Shown here: positions 10,912 through 20,900 of the stretch, one piece after another
How positions within the stretch are numbered: the first letter of the stretch is position 1
How the letters are laid out: each line of letters opens with the position of its first letter
Source: Bacteroidota bacterium
GTDB lineage: Bacteria > Bacteroidota > Ignavibacteria > UBA10030 > SZUA-254
Direction of reading: 5' to 3'
Length of the DNA stretch: 64,000 nt
Assembly (NCBI GenBank): GCA_020056225.1
Contig: JAGVIE010000025.1
Location: 38,995-102,994, forward strand
Position numbers and translations under genes: made by a program
The notes under the pieces: model-generated
Seen by the model: only the letters and a program-made list of their open reading frames with translations
Told to the model about the DNA's origin: nothing
The model's database searches: none

Positions 10912-11802
10912 TCACTTAATAATAGGAAGCTCGATTACAAAAGTACTTCCTTTCCCAAACTCACTTTTTACCCAAACTTTACCTCCATGCATTTCAATCA
11001 ATTGTTTTACGATTGAAAGGCCCAATCCTGCAGATGGTTCACCGGCAGTAGGCTGTGCGCTTAATTTCTGAAATTTCCCAAATACTTTTCTATTATCTTC
11101 TTCCGTCAAACCCGGTCCTTCATCGCGCACTTCAAAACGCGCTATGTCATCAAGTTTGCTTACTGTTACCCAAATACCCTTTCGTAGATCGGAATATTTA
11201 ATCGCGTTATTGATGAGATTATCCATGACTTCGCGAAGCCGTTCATCATCTGCGCTAACGAGTATCGCTTCGGAAGGTGTGAAAATAATCTTTTGTTCCT
11301 TTTGTTGGGCACTTATCCTATTATCCATTACAACCAATTCGGCAAGCTGAGATATATCGACCGGCTTTTTGTTAAGCGATAATAACCCGTTTTCTATCGT
11401 TGCCGACTCGAGTATTTCATTCACTAAATTATGCATTCGCTGTGCAGTGCTGAAAATATCCGCAGCATAATTCGCTAATGCCGAATCTTTATCCACCTGG
11501 TCTAATATTATTTTGGACATCATTTTGACAGTGATTAACGGACTCTTTAAATCGTGGGCTACAATGTTAAGCAGTTCGGTCTTTAGAATATTCGCTCGTT
11601 CTGCTATCTCTCTTTGTTTCTCAGCTTCCAACATTGCTTTTTCGGCTGTCGCTTGTTCTTCTTGAATTTTTTTTGTTCTTTCTTCGATGAGAGCTTCCAA
11701 CTTTTTCCTCAACCTCACCCTGTACCGGTGAAAAAAGAATAAAACAATTACTATAATAATCGCGATTATACTGAACAGTTGAACGGAAGGATTCATATTC
11801 AT
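10912..11802 (-). CDS. Membrane-anchored sensor histidine kinase (HisKA + HATPase_c), no sensor domain
   Basis: One N-terminal TM; H box VAHDLKSPL; N box NLINNAIKY; G1 DEGPG; G2 GLGLSIVK. Confidence 0.92.
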   Translation of the reverse strand: MNMNPSVQLFSIIAIIIVIVLFFFHRYRVRLRKKLEALIEERTKKIQEEQATAEKAMLEAEKQREIAERANILKTELLNIVAHDLKSPLITVKMMSKIILDQVDKDSALANYAADIFSTAQRMHNLVNEILESATIENGLLSLNKKPVDISQLAELVVMDNRISAQQKEQKIIFTPSEAILVSADDERLREVMDNLINNAIKYSDLRKGIWVTVSKLDDIARFEVRDEGPGLTEEDNRKVFGKFQKLSAQPTAGEPSAGLGLSIVKQLIEMHGGKVWVKSEFGKGSTFVIELPIIK

Positions 11803-11998
11803 CCTGAATTATTTTTATAGTAATGTAATGAAGTTAATATATAGCCACTATCACGCTTCATTCCGGAATGTTTAGGAATATCATAATGATATGGATTGCT
11901 TGCTCGCAAATCATATAAGTTGAAATAGTTCAATGCGAGTGCATGAACTCATAGTCTAATACTTACCATCAAAGATTCAAAACAGTTATTGTTTCACT

Positions 11999-14260
11999 TT
12001 ACAACGATTTCCATTCACACTCCCAAGTATGTTTATCTGTGCGAACAAGCGCCTGGTCACCATTCTTGTTGGCGTAGACTCCTTTAGTACCGTTGAAATA
12101 AAACACTCCGGCAAGTTTGCGCGGCATAATAATATAATCCAGCTGTGAATATTTTTTCTCATCGAAATCCTCGCGTTTGAATTTCGTCTTCCATGTTTTA
12201 CTATCGATAGGTTCAAGCGATACCGATATCCTCCCCCAGCGCGTAGGTGAACTTATCAACTCCATGGTTTTGCCGGCATTCAACTCAGGCAATCCGATAC
12301 CTTCGAAAAGACGAATATTTTTTTCGTCCTCGAGTATCATCATATGGCGAAGATACCTTATACACTCGGCGCTCGCCCAATTATGAGGCATATCTCCGAT
12401 GAAATCGAATACAGGAGCATCCTGCAATGATTGTTCTTCACGCCACGCATATAGAGGTGATGCGTGATTTAAGAAACCGATGAATGTTTGGCGTGCAAGG
12501 TCTTTGTAACCTAAGTAGAGATATGTTTGTGCGAGGACCGCTGCGTTGTAGGGCCAGAGTCCGTTATTCGACATCCAGCCGGTTTCGATTGGAATATCTT
12601 CTTTAACGATCGATCTCATTAAATCAACATGACCGCCGACGATCTTAGATCCCTTTGTGAAAAGAAGTCCCGGATAAATTGCTTGTGATAAATAAATCTG
12701 TGCCGCCTGAGGCTTTGGTTGTTTAAGCAGATCGGTTTCGCTCCATTTCGGATCGCTCTTCATCAACATTGGTAGGTATGAAAATCCATTCTGGCTATCG
12801 CGATATTCTGTTGTTGTAGATTTAAAGAAATCCTGCCGCAGTTCTCCGTAAAAATCTCTGATATCAACTCTTCGTGATAACGACTTCCTTTTCGCAATAT
12901 CATCCATCGCTCTCAGAGCAATAAGCGTCCATATCGTATTCGTGTATTCTTCACGTATCCCTCCGATACCGCTGTCGCCGAACCCACGCGGTAATAATTT
13001 GTATTTACTATTCGATGAACCGTCGTTCAAAGAATCATCGCGCAATTTTTTCAGTGCCATCATCGCCTTATGAGCATCTGGATACATTTCATTGAAGTAA
13101 TCCCAATTCTGAGATAATTCCGCCTGACGGATTAATGCGCAAACTGCAACGGGAGTGTCTTTCCAATGTGCTTCGCCGGCACCGCCGGTTATCAATCCTT
13201 TTTCATTCTGACGCGCCCAGATCGATTCCAATCCCTCCTGCGCTTCTTTAGCATATCCTAAATATTGAGCGGCTTCTAGTAAGAAATAACCATCCACAAC
13301 CCATAGACCACGATAGACGGTCGGACCGACCTGAAATATTTTTTTGCCGTCCTTTATTTCCCTGGCTTCCAAAATATTTCGTGCCGCCGCAACGATAAAA
13401 TTTTGGTACTCGGGTTGCAATTTCCATTCAACCTTTCCCGATGTCGGCTCCCACGATTGCCAGAATTTACGGGCATCTTCCAAGAGATCCTCTTGTTCTT
13501 CGAGTCCATCTTCAATTTTATTATACGGCTGTCCTTCCTGAGGAAATCTAACAAAATATTTCAGCGGCTCATCGATTGAAACAGTTCCTGTCTTCAACCG
13601 GAAATGATGAACACCATCGATCAATTGATATTCAACCGTACTGTCCACTGCCATGAACAATTTTCCATCAGTTGTGTCGAGATTGACGCGCGTAAAATCA
13701 CCCTCCACATTCAGTACGAACATTGCTGTGGACTTGATGATGATTTCCGGAGTACATTGCACACGCTGAGACTCCTTTGGCATAATCTCAACAATCAGAT
13801 TATCTACTCGACCTTCACCGGAATCGTTTGATGCGAAAGAAGTCAATTGCATGACAACATCGCCGCCATCGAGTTTCGTCATGATGATAGGAATTGAAGG
13901 CGATTCAAGTTTTTGGTCGATATATTGAAGTGGATCTTTTCCTTGCAGCGTTACCGATACGATGTGCGGAAATACTTTCTCATCGGCTCCCGTACCGGGA
14001 TGACCATATAAAAGTTCTCCGTACTTTCCAACTAAACTTTTAAACGGATCATCGGGGAAACAATAAGTTGACTGCCATGATGCCGGAGCGTATCGAAAAT
14101 CGATTCCATCTAACGGAAGTTGTTTTACGGCAGCTGCCTGAGCTTCACTACCGAGATACCGATCAAGGGGTGATGATTCCATGAGATTCCTTCCGACCGT
14201 CAGTGCGCCAACGGTAACACCGAATTTTGCCAAAAACTCCCGACGAGTATTCTTGCTCAT
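11999..14260 (-). CDS. Tat-exported six-hairpin glycosidase-like protein
   Basis: Twin-arginine signal TRREFL; QVGPTVYRGLWVVDG, GDMPHNWASAE, PTRWG features of (alpha/alpha)6 glycoside-hydrolase-like proteins. Confidence 0.6.
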   Translation of the reverse strand: MSKNTRREFLAKFGVTVGALTVGRNLMESSPLDRYLGSEAQAAAVKQLPLDGIDFRYAPASWQSTYCFPDDPFKSLVGKYGELLYGHPGTGADEKVFPHIVSVTLQGKDPLQYIDQKLESPSIPIIMTKLDGGDVVMQLTSFASNDSGEGRVDNLIVEIMPKESQRVQCTPEIIIKSTAMFVLNVEGDFTRVNLDTTDGKLFMAVDSTVEYQLIDGVHHFRLKTGTVSIDEPLKYFVRFPQEGQPYNKIEDGLEEQEDLLEDARKFWQSWEPTSGKVEWKLQPEYQNFIVAAARNILEAREIKDGKKIFQVGPTVYRGLWVVDGYFLLEAAQYLGYAKEAQEGLESIWARQNEKGLITGGAGEAHWKDTPVAVCALIRQAELSQNWDYFNEMYPDAHKAMMALKKLRDDSLNDGSSNSKYKLLPRGFGDSGIGGIREEYTNTIWTLIALRAMDDIAKRKSLSRRVDIRDFYGELRQDFFKSTTTEYRDSQNGFSYLPMLMKSDPKWSETDLLKQPKPQAAQIYLSQAIYPGLLFTKGSKIVGGHVDLMRSIVKEDIPIETGWMSNNGLWPYNAAVLAQTYLYLGYKDLARQTFIGFLNHASPLYAWREEQSLQDAPVFDFIGDMPHNWASAECIRYLRHMMILEDEKNIRLFEGIGLPELNAGKTMELISSPTRWGRISVSLEPIDSKTWKTKFKREDFDEKKYSQLDYIIMPRKLAGVFYFNGTKGVYANKNGDQALVRTDKHTWECEWKSL

Positions 14261-14287
14261 TTTAATCCTTTATTGTAAAGTTAATGT

Positions 14288-16576
14288 TCACTTAATAATA
14301 ACAAATTTTCCGATTTGTTGTCCGAAATCCGAATCCACACTGAAAACAAATACGCCACTTGCAATTGGTCTTCTGCTCTCGCTGAATAAATCCCATTCTT
14401 CCTGTCCGGTTGCCAAACCGCGTAGCCTACGTTCAGCATCGTCATGGTGAATGGTTTGTATGATTTCGCCGGCTATAGTATAAATCCGGATAGTCGCTTT
14501 TTCAGGAAGGCGGATGAACCAGATAACTCTTTTGTCCGGTGTCCAATTATAGCTGGGACCCTCGAAACCGAATCCGTCGGTATAAGGAACATCGGCGCGA
14601 TAAGGATTGGGGACAACTAAAACTTCACCAAGTTTTTTCGACGGCTCGAACAGCAAATGCGTTTGTGTAGCATTTTCAATTAACTCAGATTCGACTGGAG
14701 GTCCGATTAAGTTTGCCTGATGAATAACTCCACCTGCATCGGGAAAGGGGATTGTCATCCCTTCCGGTATCGAATACGAAGTTACCGCATACCAATATTT
14801 GTTGTATGCTTTCAACGTTGAATCGACGAATGTAAATCGCAAACCGGTCTGAGACCCGAATCCTAAATCATCATCGGCATCATACTGAGCAAGCATTGTG
14901 AATGATTCGACGTTGAATGTATCCGATTCGCTGCGCCACAGCTTGAAACCTTCAAGGTTTCTTCCGCCTTTTGTTTTCCCGTCAGGTGGATTTTTCTTCC
15001 GCCAATGTGTATCCGGTAACGAAGTTAAATATTCATTATGCTCATCCCAATTTTCAAGTGGATCATTTCCTATGTCGCCCGGTTTCCACTTCCAGTCTAA
15101 TATAATATTAAATCCTTCTCTTTTAACGTGAAGAGGAGGCGATGGAATATTTATATTCTCATAACCATGTTTAGAAATACTTATAGCTTTAGCGGCATTA
15201 TCTCGTAAACTGTTCGGGACTTCCGCGATTGCATCACCAGAAACAAAAGCGACTGCACATTTTACGGTATCACCCGGGTACATGGTTGGAAACGGACCAA
15301 TGGAGATAAACATCCTAACGTCTGACATATATGATGGTGGTTCAGAAAAGGGCCCAGAAGAACATAGGAATGCTGAACAATTCATCTGCATATATAGAAT
15401 GCTATCACCATATGAACCATCGCACTTCGTTGAATAATCAGCCCATTGGAAACAATAACTTAACGAGTCGAGAGGAGTTGATGCATCAAGCAATGTTAAT
15501 CCTAATGGAGTTGAGCCGCGATCCACAGGATTATGACAGTAAAATGTTCTTAAACTATCAATATACCCAACGTAATTATTATTAGGATATTCATTGACAT
15601 CAATCGGTCCAACATCGGGATCAAGGAAAAAAGCTAAATACACATCTTTGAAAATCTTTTTACCGATGTTTACAAATGTGTACTCGATTGGAAGAATAGG
15701 TTCTTTGACTCTATTTTTCCATGCTAAAGACTTCTGCCATACTTTTATACCCATACCAACATGACCTCCAATTTGAGGTCTGCTGAAAGTATCTGCATAA
15801 GCGCAAGATAAATCGTTCTCCGAGATTGCGCCGTAGTCCTCATCTACATTCGGCTCTCCATGATCGGGCTTGTTGTTGTTTTCTGTATAGACATTGATAT
15901 CATTTTTGTAAGGAAGAGTCCCAGTATAATTGACCGGGCATTTACTTTTCTGCAGAGGGTCATAATTATCTTGAGCAGGATCAGGATTTGTGAGTGAATC
16001 ATATGGAATCCCATCGCAACTCATTTCAAATCGATCCGCAAAACCATCCATGCCAACATCATCTCTGAGCGGATTCCAATCTCCATCATTATCCAGACCG
16101 TCAAGTTCATCCTCATCGATCTTACCATCACCGTCATCGTCATAATGACGACGGTTATGACCGTTGGGAGTATCAATACTCGTCTGCCAAAAATGATCAT
16201 CAGTACCTCTTGCTTCGTTGCGAGCATCCCCCCCATTAAACATCTCTGTCACTCTAATGTTAGGATAGTACGATTGATTCAATGAATCGTAAACAAGCGC
16301 ACCGATGCGAGGACCACCGGCAAAGAGATGCTCAATATTCGAGCCGGCAGGATATTCTAAATTAATCCCTCCTGTTTCATAACCGTAATAACCCAACACC
16401 CCGCTGTTGCTCATCCAGAGTTTCATGTTATACCCTTGCTGAGTATATACAACATTAGTGACGGGACCCGGTATTACATTAGGATGTCTCTGTTTAATTA
16501 AAGGTTGTGCATTTACAACTGAAATGCAGAACATCAACATTACAATAGTACCAATTATACAATCCAGTCTTTTCAT
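14288..16576 (-). CDS. Large secreted protein, paralog of 1754..4165, with T9SS-CTD-like C-terminus
   Basis: Shared blocks EHL(F/Y)xxGPRIG, DDDxDGKxDEDELDGxDNDGDWNP, PDHGEPNVDEDYGAIS, HNPxDRGSTPLG, VVPNPY...KFVIIK. Confidence 0.8.
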   Translation of the reverse strand: MKRLDCIIGTIVMLMFCISVVNAQPLIKQRHPNVIPGPVTNVVYTQQGYNMKLWMSNSGVLGYYGYETGGINLEYPAGSNIEHLFAGGPRIGALVYDSLNQSYYPNIRVTEMFNGGDARNEARGTDDHFWQTSIDTPNGHNRRHYDDDGDGKIDEDELDGLDNDGDWNPLRDDVGMDGFADRFEMSCDGIPYDSLTNPDPAQDNYDPLQKSKCPVNYTGTLPYKNDINVYTENNNKPDHGEPNVDEDYGAISENDLSCAYADTFSRPQIGGHVGMGIKVWQKSLAWKNRVKEPILPIEYTFVNIGKKIFKDVYLAFFLDPDVGPIDVNEYPNNNYVGYIDSLRTFYCHNPVDRGSTPLGLTLLDASTPLDSLSYCFQWADYSTKCDGSYGDSILYMQMNCSAFLCSSGPFSEPPSYMSDVRMFISIGPFPTMYPGDTVKCAVAFVSGDAIAEVPNSLRDNAAKAISISKHGYENINIPSPPLHVKREGFNIILDWKWKPGDIGNDPLENWDEHNEYLTSLPDTHWRKKNPPDGKTKGGRNLEGFKLWRSESDTFNVESFTMLAQYDADDDLGFGSQTGLRFTFVDSTLKAYNKYWYAVTSYSIPEGMTIPFPDAGGVIHQANLIGPPVESELIENATQTHLLFEPSKKLGEVLVVPNPYRADVPYTDGFGFEGPSYNWTPDKRVIWFIRLPEKATIRIYTIAGEIIQTIHHDDAERRLRGLATGQEEWDLFSESRRPIASGVFVFSVDSDFGQQIGKFVIIK

Positions 16577-16616
16577 TCTTCCTTCCCTTCAAAGATTAGA
16601 ACAAAATATTTTTTTA

Positions 16617-17462
16617 TTAACCGCCATCCGAGGTATCGTTATCTTTCTTCATCATTTCTTCCATCTGCTTCATCATCTTTTCGAAGTCGGGATTCTCGCC
16701 CGGATCGTTTTTGTCTTCTTCCTTTCCATCCTTCTTCATATTGTTCATTTCTTTCATCATCTTTTGAATGTCGAAATCCATAGATTGTTTTGAGTAATCC
16801 TTCGGCACAGTAAATACAGATGATGCCACAGATTTCTTGTCGATCTTTGTCACTTCCTGCGATTGAACGAGTTTATCATCCTTCTTCGATAATATCTTCA
16901 GGGGAAATAGTTTCATATTGACAAGCTCATCCTCCCAATTTTTTACATCTTTCTTCGATTCTTTTCCTCCCATCTCACCGAACGATTTGAATAAATCCTG
17001 ATATAGATTTCCGAGCTTCAAGGTTCCCCAGATATGCGTTACTTCATCGTTCTCTTCAATAACAATTTCCTCGCACGAATATCCAAGAATGGTTTCCTTC
17101 TTTCCGGTCTTTGTAATTTTAGGTTTCATTTCTTTCTGTTCCGGTTTTTTCATCTCGTCAGGGTTCTGGAGTTCATTATCTTCCTTCATCGAGATCTCGA
17201 AGTAAGATTTTTCCTCATCGTTAACTATCCAGAGTAATTGCTTATCGCCCCGGAGAATAAATTTCCCGCGTCCGGCTTCACCGGTTCCGGCTTTGATAGA
17301 AGTTGCCATAAGATTGCCTTTGACAAACATCGTGTAGAAAACATCTTCCTGTTTGCCCTCATTAACCATTCTTACTTTCATGTCGATAGCTCCCTCGAAT
17401 TGTGCAAGCGTAATTCCTGCAAAAACAATTGTGGAGCAAAATAGAATTTTGATCTTATTCAT
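16617..17462 (-). CDS. DUF4412-like secreted protein
   Basis: Signal peptide, QFEG start, KTGKKETILGYSCEE and FTVPKDY motifs. Confidence 0.75.
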   Translation of the reverse strand: MNKIKILFCSTIVFAGITLAQFEGAIDMKVRMVNEGKQEDVFYTMFVKGNLMATSIKAGTGEAGRGKFILRGDKQLLWIVNDEEKSYFEISMKEDNELQNPDEMKKPEQKEMKPKITKTGKKETILGYSCEEIVIEENDEVTHIWGTLKLGNLYQDLFKSFGEMGGKESKKDVKNWEDELVNMKLFPLKILSKKDDKLVQSQEVTKIDKKSVASSVFTVPKDYSKQSMDFDIQKMMKEMNNMKKDGKEEDKNDPGENPDFEKMMKQMEEMMKKDNDTSDGG

Positions 17463-17504
17463 AATATCATCTCAGAAATTTTTGGAAGTGAGTATTTGTG
17501 TAAG

Positions 17505-17708
17505 CTATTTCGCGTTGATTTCAGACTTAAAGTCGGCTGCTTTATGTGCGCCATCACAGAACGGTTTATTCTTGCTGTGTCCGCAACGGCATAGCCAGAT
17601 AGTCGGCTTTCCGGTGAGGTCGAACTTATTTCCTTTCTCATCATAAAGCTCAAAATCTCCATCAACTTGAATGCTCTTGTGATCTTTTACTGTTATTTTT
17701 GCTGCCAT
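17505..17708 (-). CDS. CDGSH iron-sulfur domain protein
   Basis: LCRCGHSKNKPFCDGAH motif; GGAGG RBS upstream. Confidence 0.92.
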   Translation of the reverse strand: MAAKITVKDHKSIQVDGDFELYDEKGNKFDLTGKPTIWLCRCGHSKNKPFCDGAHKAADFKSEINAK

Positions 17709-17826
17709 ACATCCTCCAAATGATTTTATTGTTTGATTATGTTATTGATGATAATCGATAATACTAAACTCCGCATGGAAAATCAACTGAATTCTTTCTA
17801 TCGACCGGAAATTATTTACTTTGCTC

Positions 17827-19005
17827 TTACACGCTCTTAGGTGGGAAGGAGAAATGCTCAATAGATATTTTGGAAATCGCCGCCTCGACTAATTGTTGGA
17901 TATTTAATTTTGTTTCAGCTTGCTGGATTTCTTTGTAATTCGACCAAGTTTCGGGTTTCCGCGGTGCAAGGAAAGAACAGCAATCGTCGTATGGTTCTTT
18001 CGAGATATCGTGCGTTCCAATCCTTCGGGCAAGAGCCATAGTTTCTTCCTTATCGGTTCCGGATAACGGTCGGAGAATTGGCAGAGTAACCGCAACTTCA
18101 ATGTTCCGTATGTTGCGGAGAGTTTGAGAGGCAACCTGTCCAACAGATTCACCCGTTACAAGCGCCTCCGCTTTTTCACGGTGAGCTATCTCTTCTGCGA
18201 TGCGAACCATGAATCGCCGATACAAGATTACTCTTAACGACTGAGGTGTTTGTAAAACGATTTCATTCTGAAGATCGGCAAATGGTACGATGTACAGCTT
18301 AGAGGTAAATTGATACTTCGTCAGTACCTCCGTAATCTGCCTCACCTGATCGACAGAATGCTGGCTGGTGTACGGCATACTGTGGAAGTGCACGAAGATA
18401 ACAGATGCTCCACGCTTCATTATCTTCCATGATGCTACGGGAGAATCAAAACCTGCGGAGAGCAGCGAGACAACTTTTCCGCTGACTCCGGACGGCAAAC
18501 CACCTGCACCTTTCAGCTTAGCGCGATAAACGTATGCCGTATTATCGGCTATCTCAATGTTTATTGTTTCATCCGGTTCTTTGAGATTTGCGCGAACGTT
18601 AAAATGCTGGCAGAGAGCTTCACCCACTTTTGCATTCACTGCCATTGAGCCGTGAGGGAATTTTTTATCGGATCGTGTAGTGTGCACTCTGATTGTTTTG
18701 AAGCTCTGACTTTCCAGCAATTTTTTTGCTGTATCACAAAAGACATCGAGATTTTGTTCAACCTCTACACCGACACAGATATTTGCCAGACCGAAAACGA
18801 AGGTAAGTCTCTCGACAATTTTATCAACTTCACTTTGTTCTTCAAGATGAATAACGAACCGTCCATAGCCACCGCCGACTGAAGAGGATGGTAGTAAACC
18901 CGTGAGTGCAGTGCGGACATTTTTCATTAACTGACGCTCGAAGAAACGACGATTGTCTCCTTTGAGTGTTATTTCATGATGATGAACAATAATTACGGAT
19001 TTCAT
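17827..19005 (-). CDS. thiI: tRNA 4-thiouridine synthase ThiI (short form, no rhodanese domain)
   Basis: EITLKGDNR, THUMP domain, GAGGLP, PP-loop LLSAGFDSPVA, TGESVGQVASQT, DCC. Confidence 0.95.
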   Translation of the reverse strand: MKSVIIVHHHEITLKGDNRRFFERQLMKNVRTALTGLLPSSSVGGGYGRFVIHLEEQSEVDKIVERLTFVFGLANICVGVEVEQNLDVFCDTAKKLLESQSFKTIRVHTTRSDKKFPHGSMAVNAKVGEALCQHFNVRANLKEPDETINIEIADNTAYVYRAKLKGAGGLPSGVSGKVVSLLSAGFDSPVASWKIMKRGASVIFVHFHSMPYTSQHSVDQVRQITEVLTKYQFTSKLYIVPFADLQNEIVLQTPQSLRVILYRRFMVRIAEEIAHREKAEALVTGESVGQVASQTLRNIRNIEVAVTLPILRPLSGTDKEETMALARRIGTHDISKEPYDDCCSFLAPRKPETWSNYKEIQQAETKLNIQQLVEAAISKISIEHFSFPPKSV

Positions 19006-19119
19006 GTTTAAAGATAGTTAATTTATCAGAAGGAAAAAAGAGATACACCGTAAAGTGCACAGAACAATTTAACTACCTGAAGCTGGGAGGGAATTACAAG
19101 ACTGTGTTAAAAGTGTTTT

Positions 19120-19239
19120 TGTCATTTCGATCCCGACGACCTGTCCGCCCTTTTTCTGGCGGGAGTCGAGAGAGAAATCTTTTTCCTATGTCAGATTTCT
19201 CTGTCTCTCACTCTACGAGCGGGATCCTTCGAAATTACA
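19120..19239. repeat. REP-like palindromic element with a nested small hairpin
   Basis: Terminal inverted repeats tgtcatttcga / tcgaaattaca (1 mismatch); inner agagaaatct / agatttctct; nested ccgcc...ggcgg. Confidence 0.65.
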
Positions 19240-19283
19240 TTTAGAAGAACGCAAACCCCGACCTGAAGGTCCATCTCATGGTA

Positions 19284-19316
19284 AACCTTGCGAAGGTTCT
19301 GAACCTTCGCAAGGTT
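19284..19316. repeat. Perfect 16-bp inverted repeat (REP-like; possible terminator role)
   Basis: aaccttgcgaaggttc-t-gaaccttcgcaaggtt just downstream of the 19334 stop. Confidence 0.8.
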
Positions 19317-19333
19317 CATGGCTCTCACTACAT

Positions 19334-20788
19334 TTATCTGACGAGCAACATCTTCTTCACCTGTGTGAACGACTTGCTTTGGTCAGCTACACCAACCGCA
19401 TCTAATCTAAAGAAATACACTCCTGATGCGGCAGTACTTGAGTTCCATTCCGTTGTTCGAAAACCTGCAGTTTCTATTCCATCCACAAGCACCTCTACAA
19501 CCTCCCCCAGTAGATTATAGATCGTAAGTTTTACTTTACTATCTACTGGCAAAGCGTACTTAAGTGTAGTTGTCGGATTAAACGGATTCGGGTAATTATG
19601 TTGTAATGCGAACTCCTTCGGCAGTTCGATATCTGTTCCTTTCCCCATCATCAGTTTAGTTGTCAAGATGGCAGAGGTATTGATCGTAATACTGCCTGAG
19701 CCTTTGAGCGGATATGTTTTTTGCTTCTCATTCTCAGTAGTTGTCTCCAGCGAGTAATTATTATCATCAGCATCCATCACCCACGTGATTGTGACAGGGT
19801 CTTTCGCACCGTTGATCATGATTGGAAATCGCTGTACTGCACTCTGTTTCTCAATATCGAATACCACAGCCGAGCGTTGCGAGTTGAAACGGACATCAAA
19901 TCCCACAGGCGGTGTAGGCGGAAGATCAAATTTATTAAGATTGAGTTCTACCTTCTTCGCAGTGAAATACAAAGTAGCCTTTCGACCGGTTCCATCTTGC
20001 ATTGTCAGGAAATGCAATCCTTTTTCGGTGGCAAGATTAGAACTGAGCGTTGAAAGGCTCAAGCTCTTTGCCTGCTTGGGAATACTTTGAGCAATGTCGG
20101 ACAATAGCAGAGTGCCTGTTTTGAGGACAAGCTTTCCTGCCTCACTTGTTTTTACCCAATACCCTTTGCCGGGTTTTAATGTGTCTTCTTCGTTGTATAT
20201 TCCGTCATAACCGAAGAAGACTGAAGTGATAGTCATTGGTGGTATTGGTTCAACATCTGCAACGAGGATTGGGTAATCGAGTGCACCGATCATATTCCAA
20301 CGGCCACTGACATCGATAGTATCGCGCATATAGCTCGTGCCTGCAAGTATGATCATGTCTGCGGATGGAAATTTTAGCCAGTAACCTACTCCGTTATGTA
20401 ATGTATCTTTTGTTTCATATGAGGTCACGTAGGCAAACGCATCCGAAACAGCCGTGGGAAAGAGTGTGGTTTTCCTTGAATCACTCACAATCAAAGGCAG
20501 TGAGATCATGTTCCATGATTCTGCCACAGCATATTCCAAAGTAGTAAAAGAGCCTGAATATGTCCGCAAACCTGGCATGAAGCCGCTCTCCATAATATTA
20601 CCGGTATCGAGGTATGTCATTTTCTGGATTGCCGGCTGACCGATGGACGAGCGAAGCACTATATCGCCGGAGGTTGCCTTCCCGCCGCCGCGATCTACCA
20701 CCCACCATGGGTGCGTTATTGTTTGTGTGTACACAAACATACTGCAAATTATAAGCAGTACATTTAGTAGTAAAATTTTTCGTTTCAT
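19334..20788 (-). CDS. T9SS type-A C-terminal sorting domain protein
   Basis: Signal peptide; WWVVDRGGG...SSIGQP N-terminus; C-terminal LPKEFALQHNYPNPFNPTT...ASGVYF...KKMLLVR. Confidence 0.88.
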   Translation of the reverse strand: MKRKILLLNVLLIICSMFVYTQTITHPWWVVDRGGGKATSGDIVLRSSIGQPAIQKMTYLDTGNIMESGFMPGLRTYSGSFTTLEYAVAESWNMISLPLIVSDSRKTTLFPTAVSDAFAYVTSYETKDTLHNGVGYWLKFPSADMIILAGTSYMRDTIDVSGRWNMIGALDYPILVADVEPIPPMTITSVFFGYDGIYNEEDTLKPGKGYWVKTSEAGKLVLKTGTLLLSDIAQSIPKQAKSLSLSTLSSNLATEKGLHFLTMQDGTGRKATLYFTAKKVELNLNKFDLPPTPPVGFDVRFNSQRSAVVFDIEKQSAVQRFPIMINGAKDPVTITWVMDADDNNYSLETTTENEKQKTYPLKGSGSITINTSAILTTKLMMGKGTDIELPKEFALQHNYPNPFNPTTTLKYALPVDSKVKLTIYNLLGEVVEVLVDGIETAGFRTTEWNSSTAASGVYFFRLDAVGVADQSKSFTQVKKMLLVR

Positions 20789-20806
20789 ATTTTGATCTCC
20801 ATGTAA

Positions 20807-20869
20807 TTTGTTGTTCGTACCTGCCCGCCGAAGTCCCTTAAGGCGGGACGCAGGCGGGTTTGTTGTTCG
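20807..20869. repeat. 41-bp GC-rich palindromic insert flanked by 11-bp direct repeats
   Basis: tttgttgttcg at 20807-20817 and 20859-20869 bracket tacctgcccgccgaagtcccttaaggcgggacgcaggcggg. Confidence 0.75.
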
Positions 20870-20900
20870 AAATTCGATTGTCTTTATGAACTCTTTTCCA

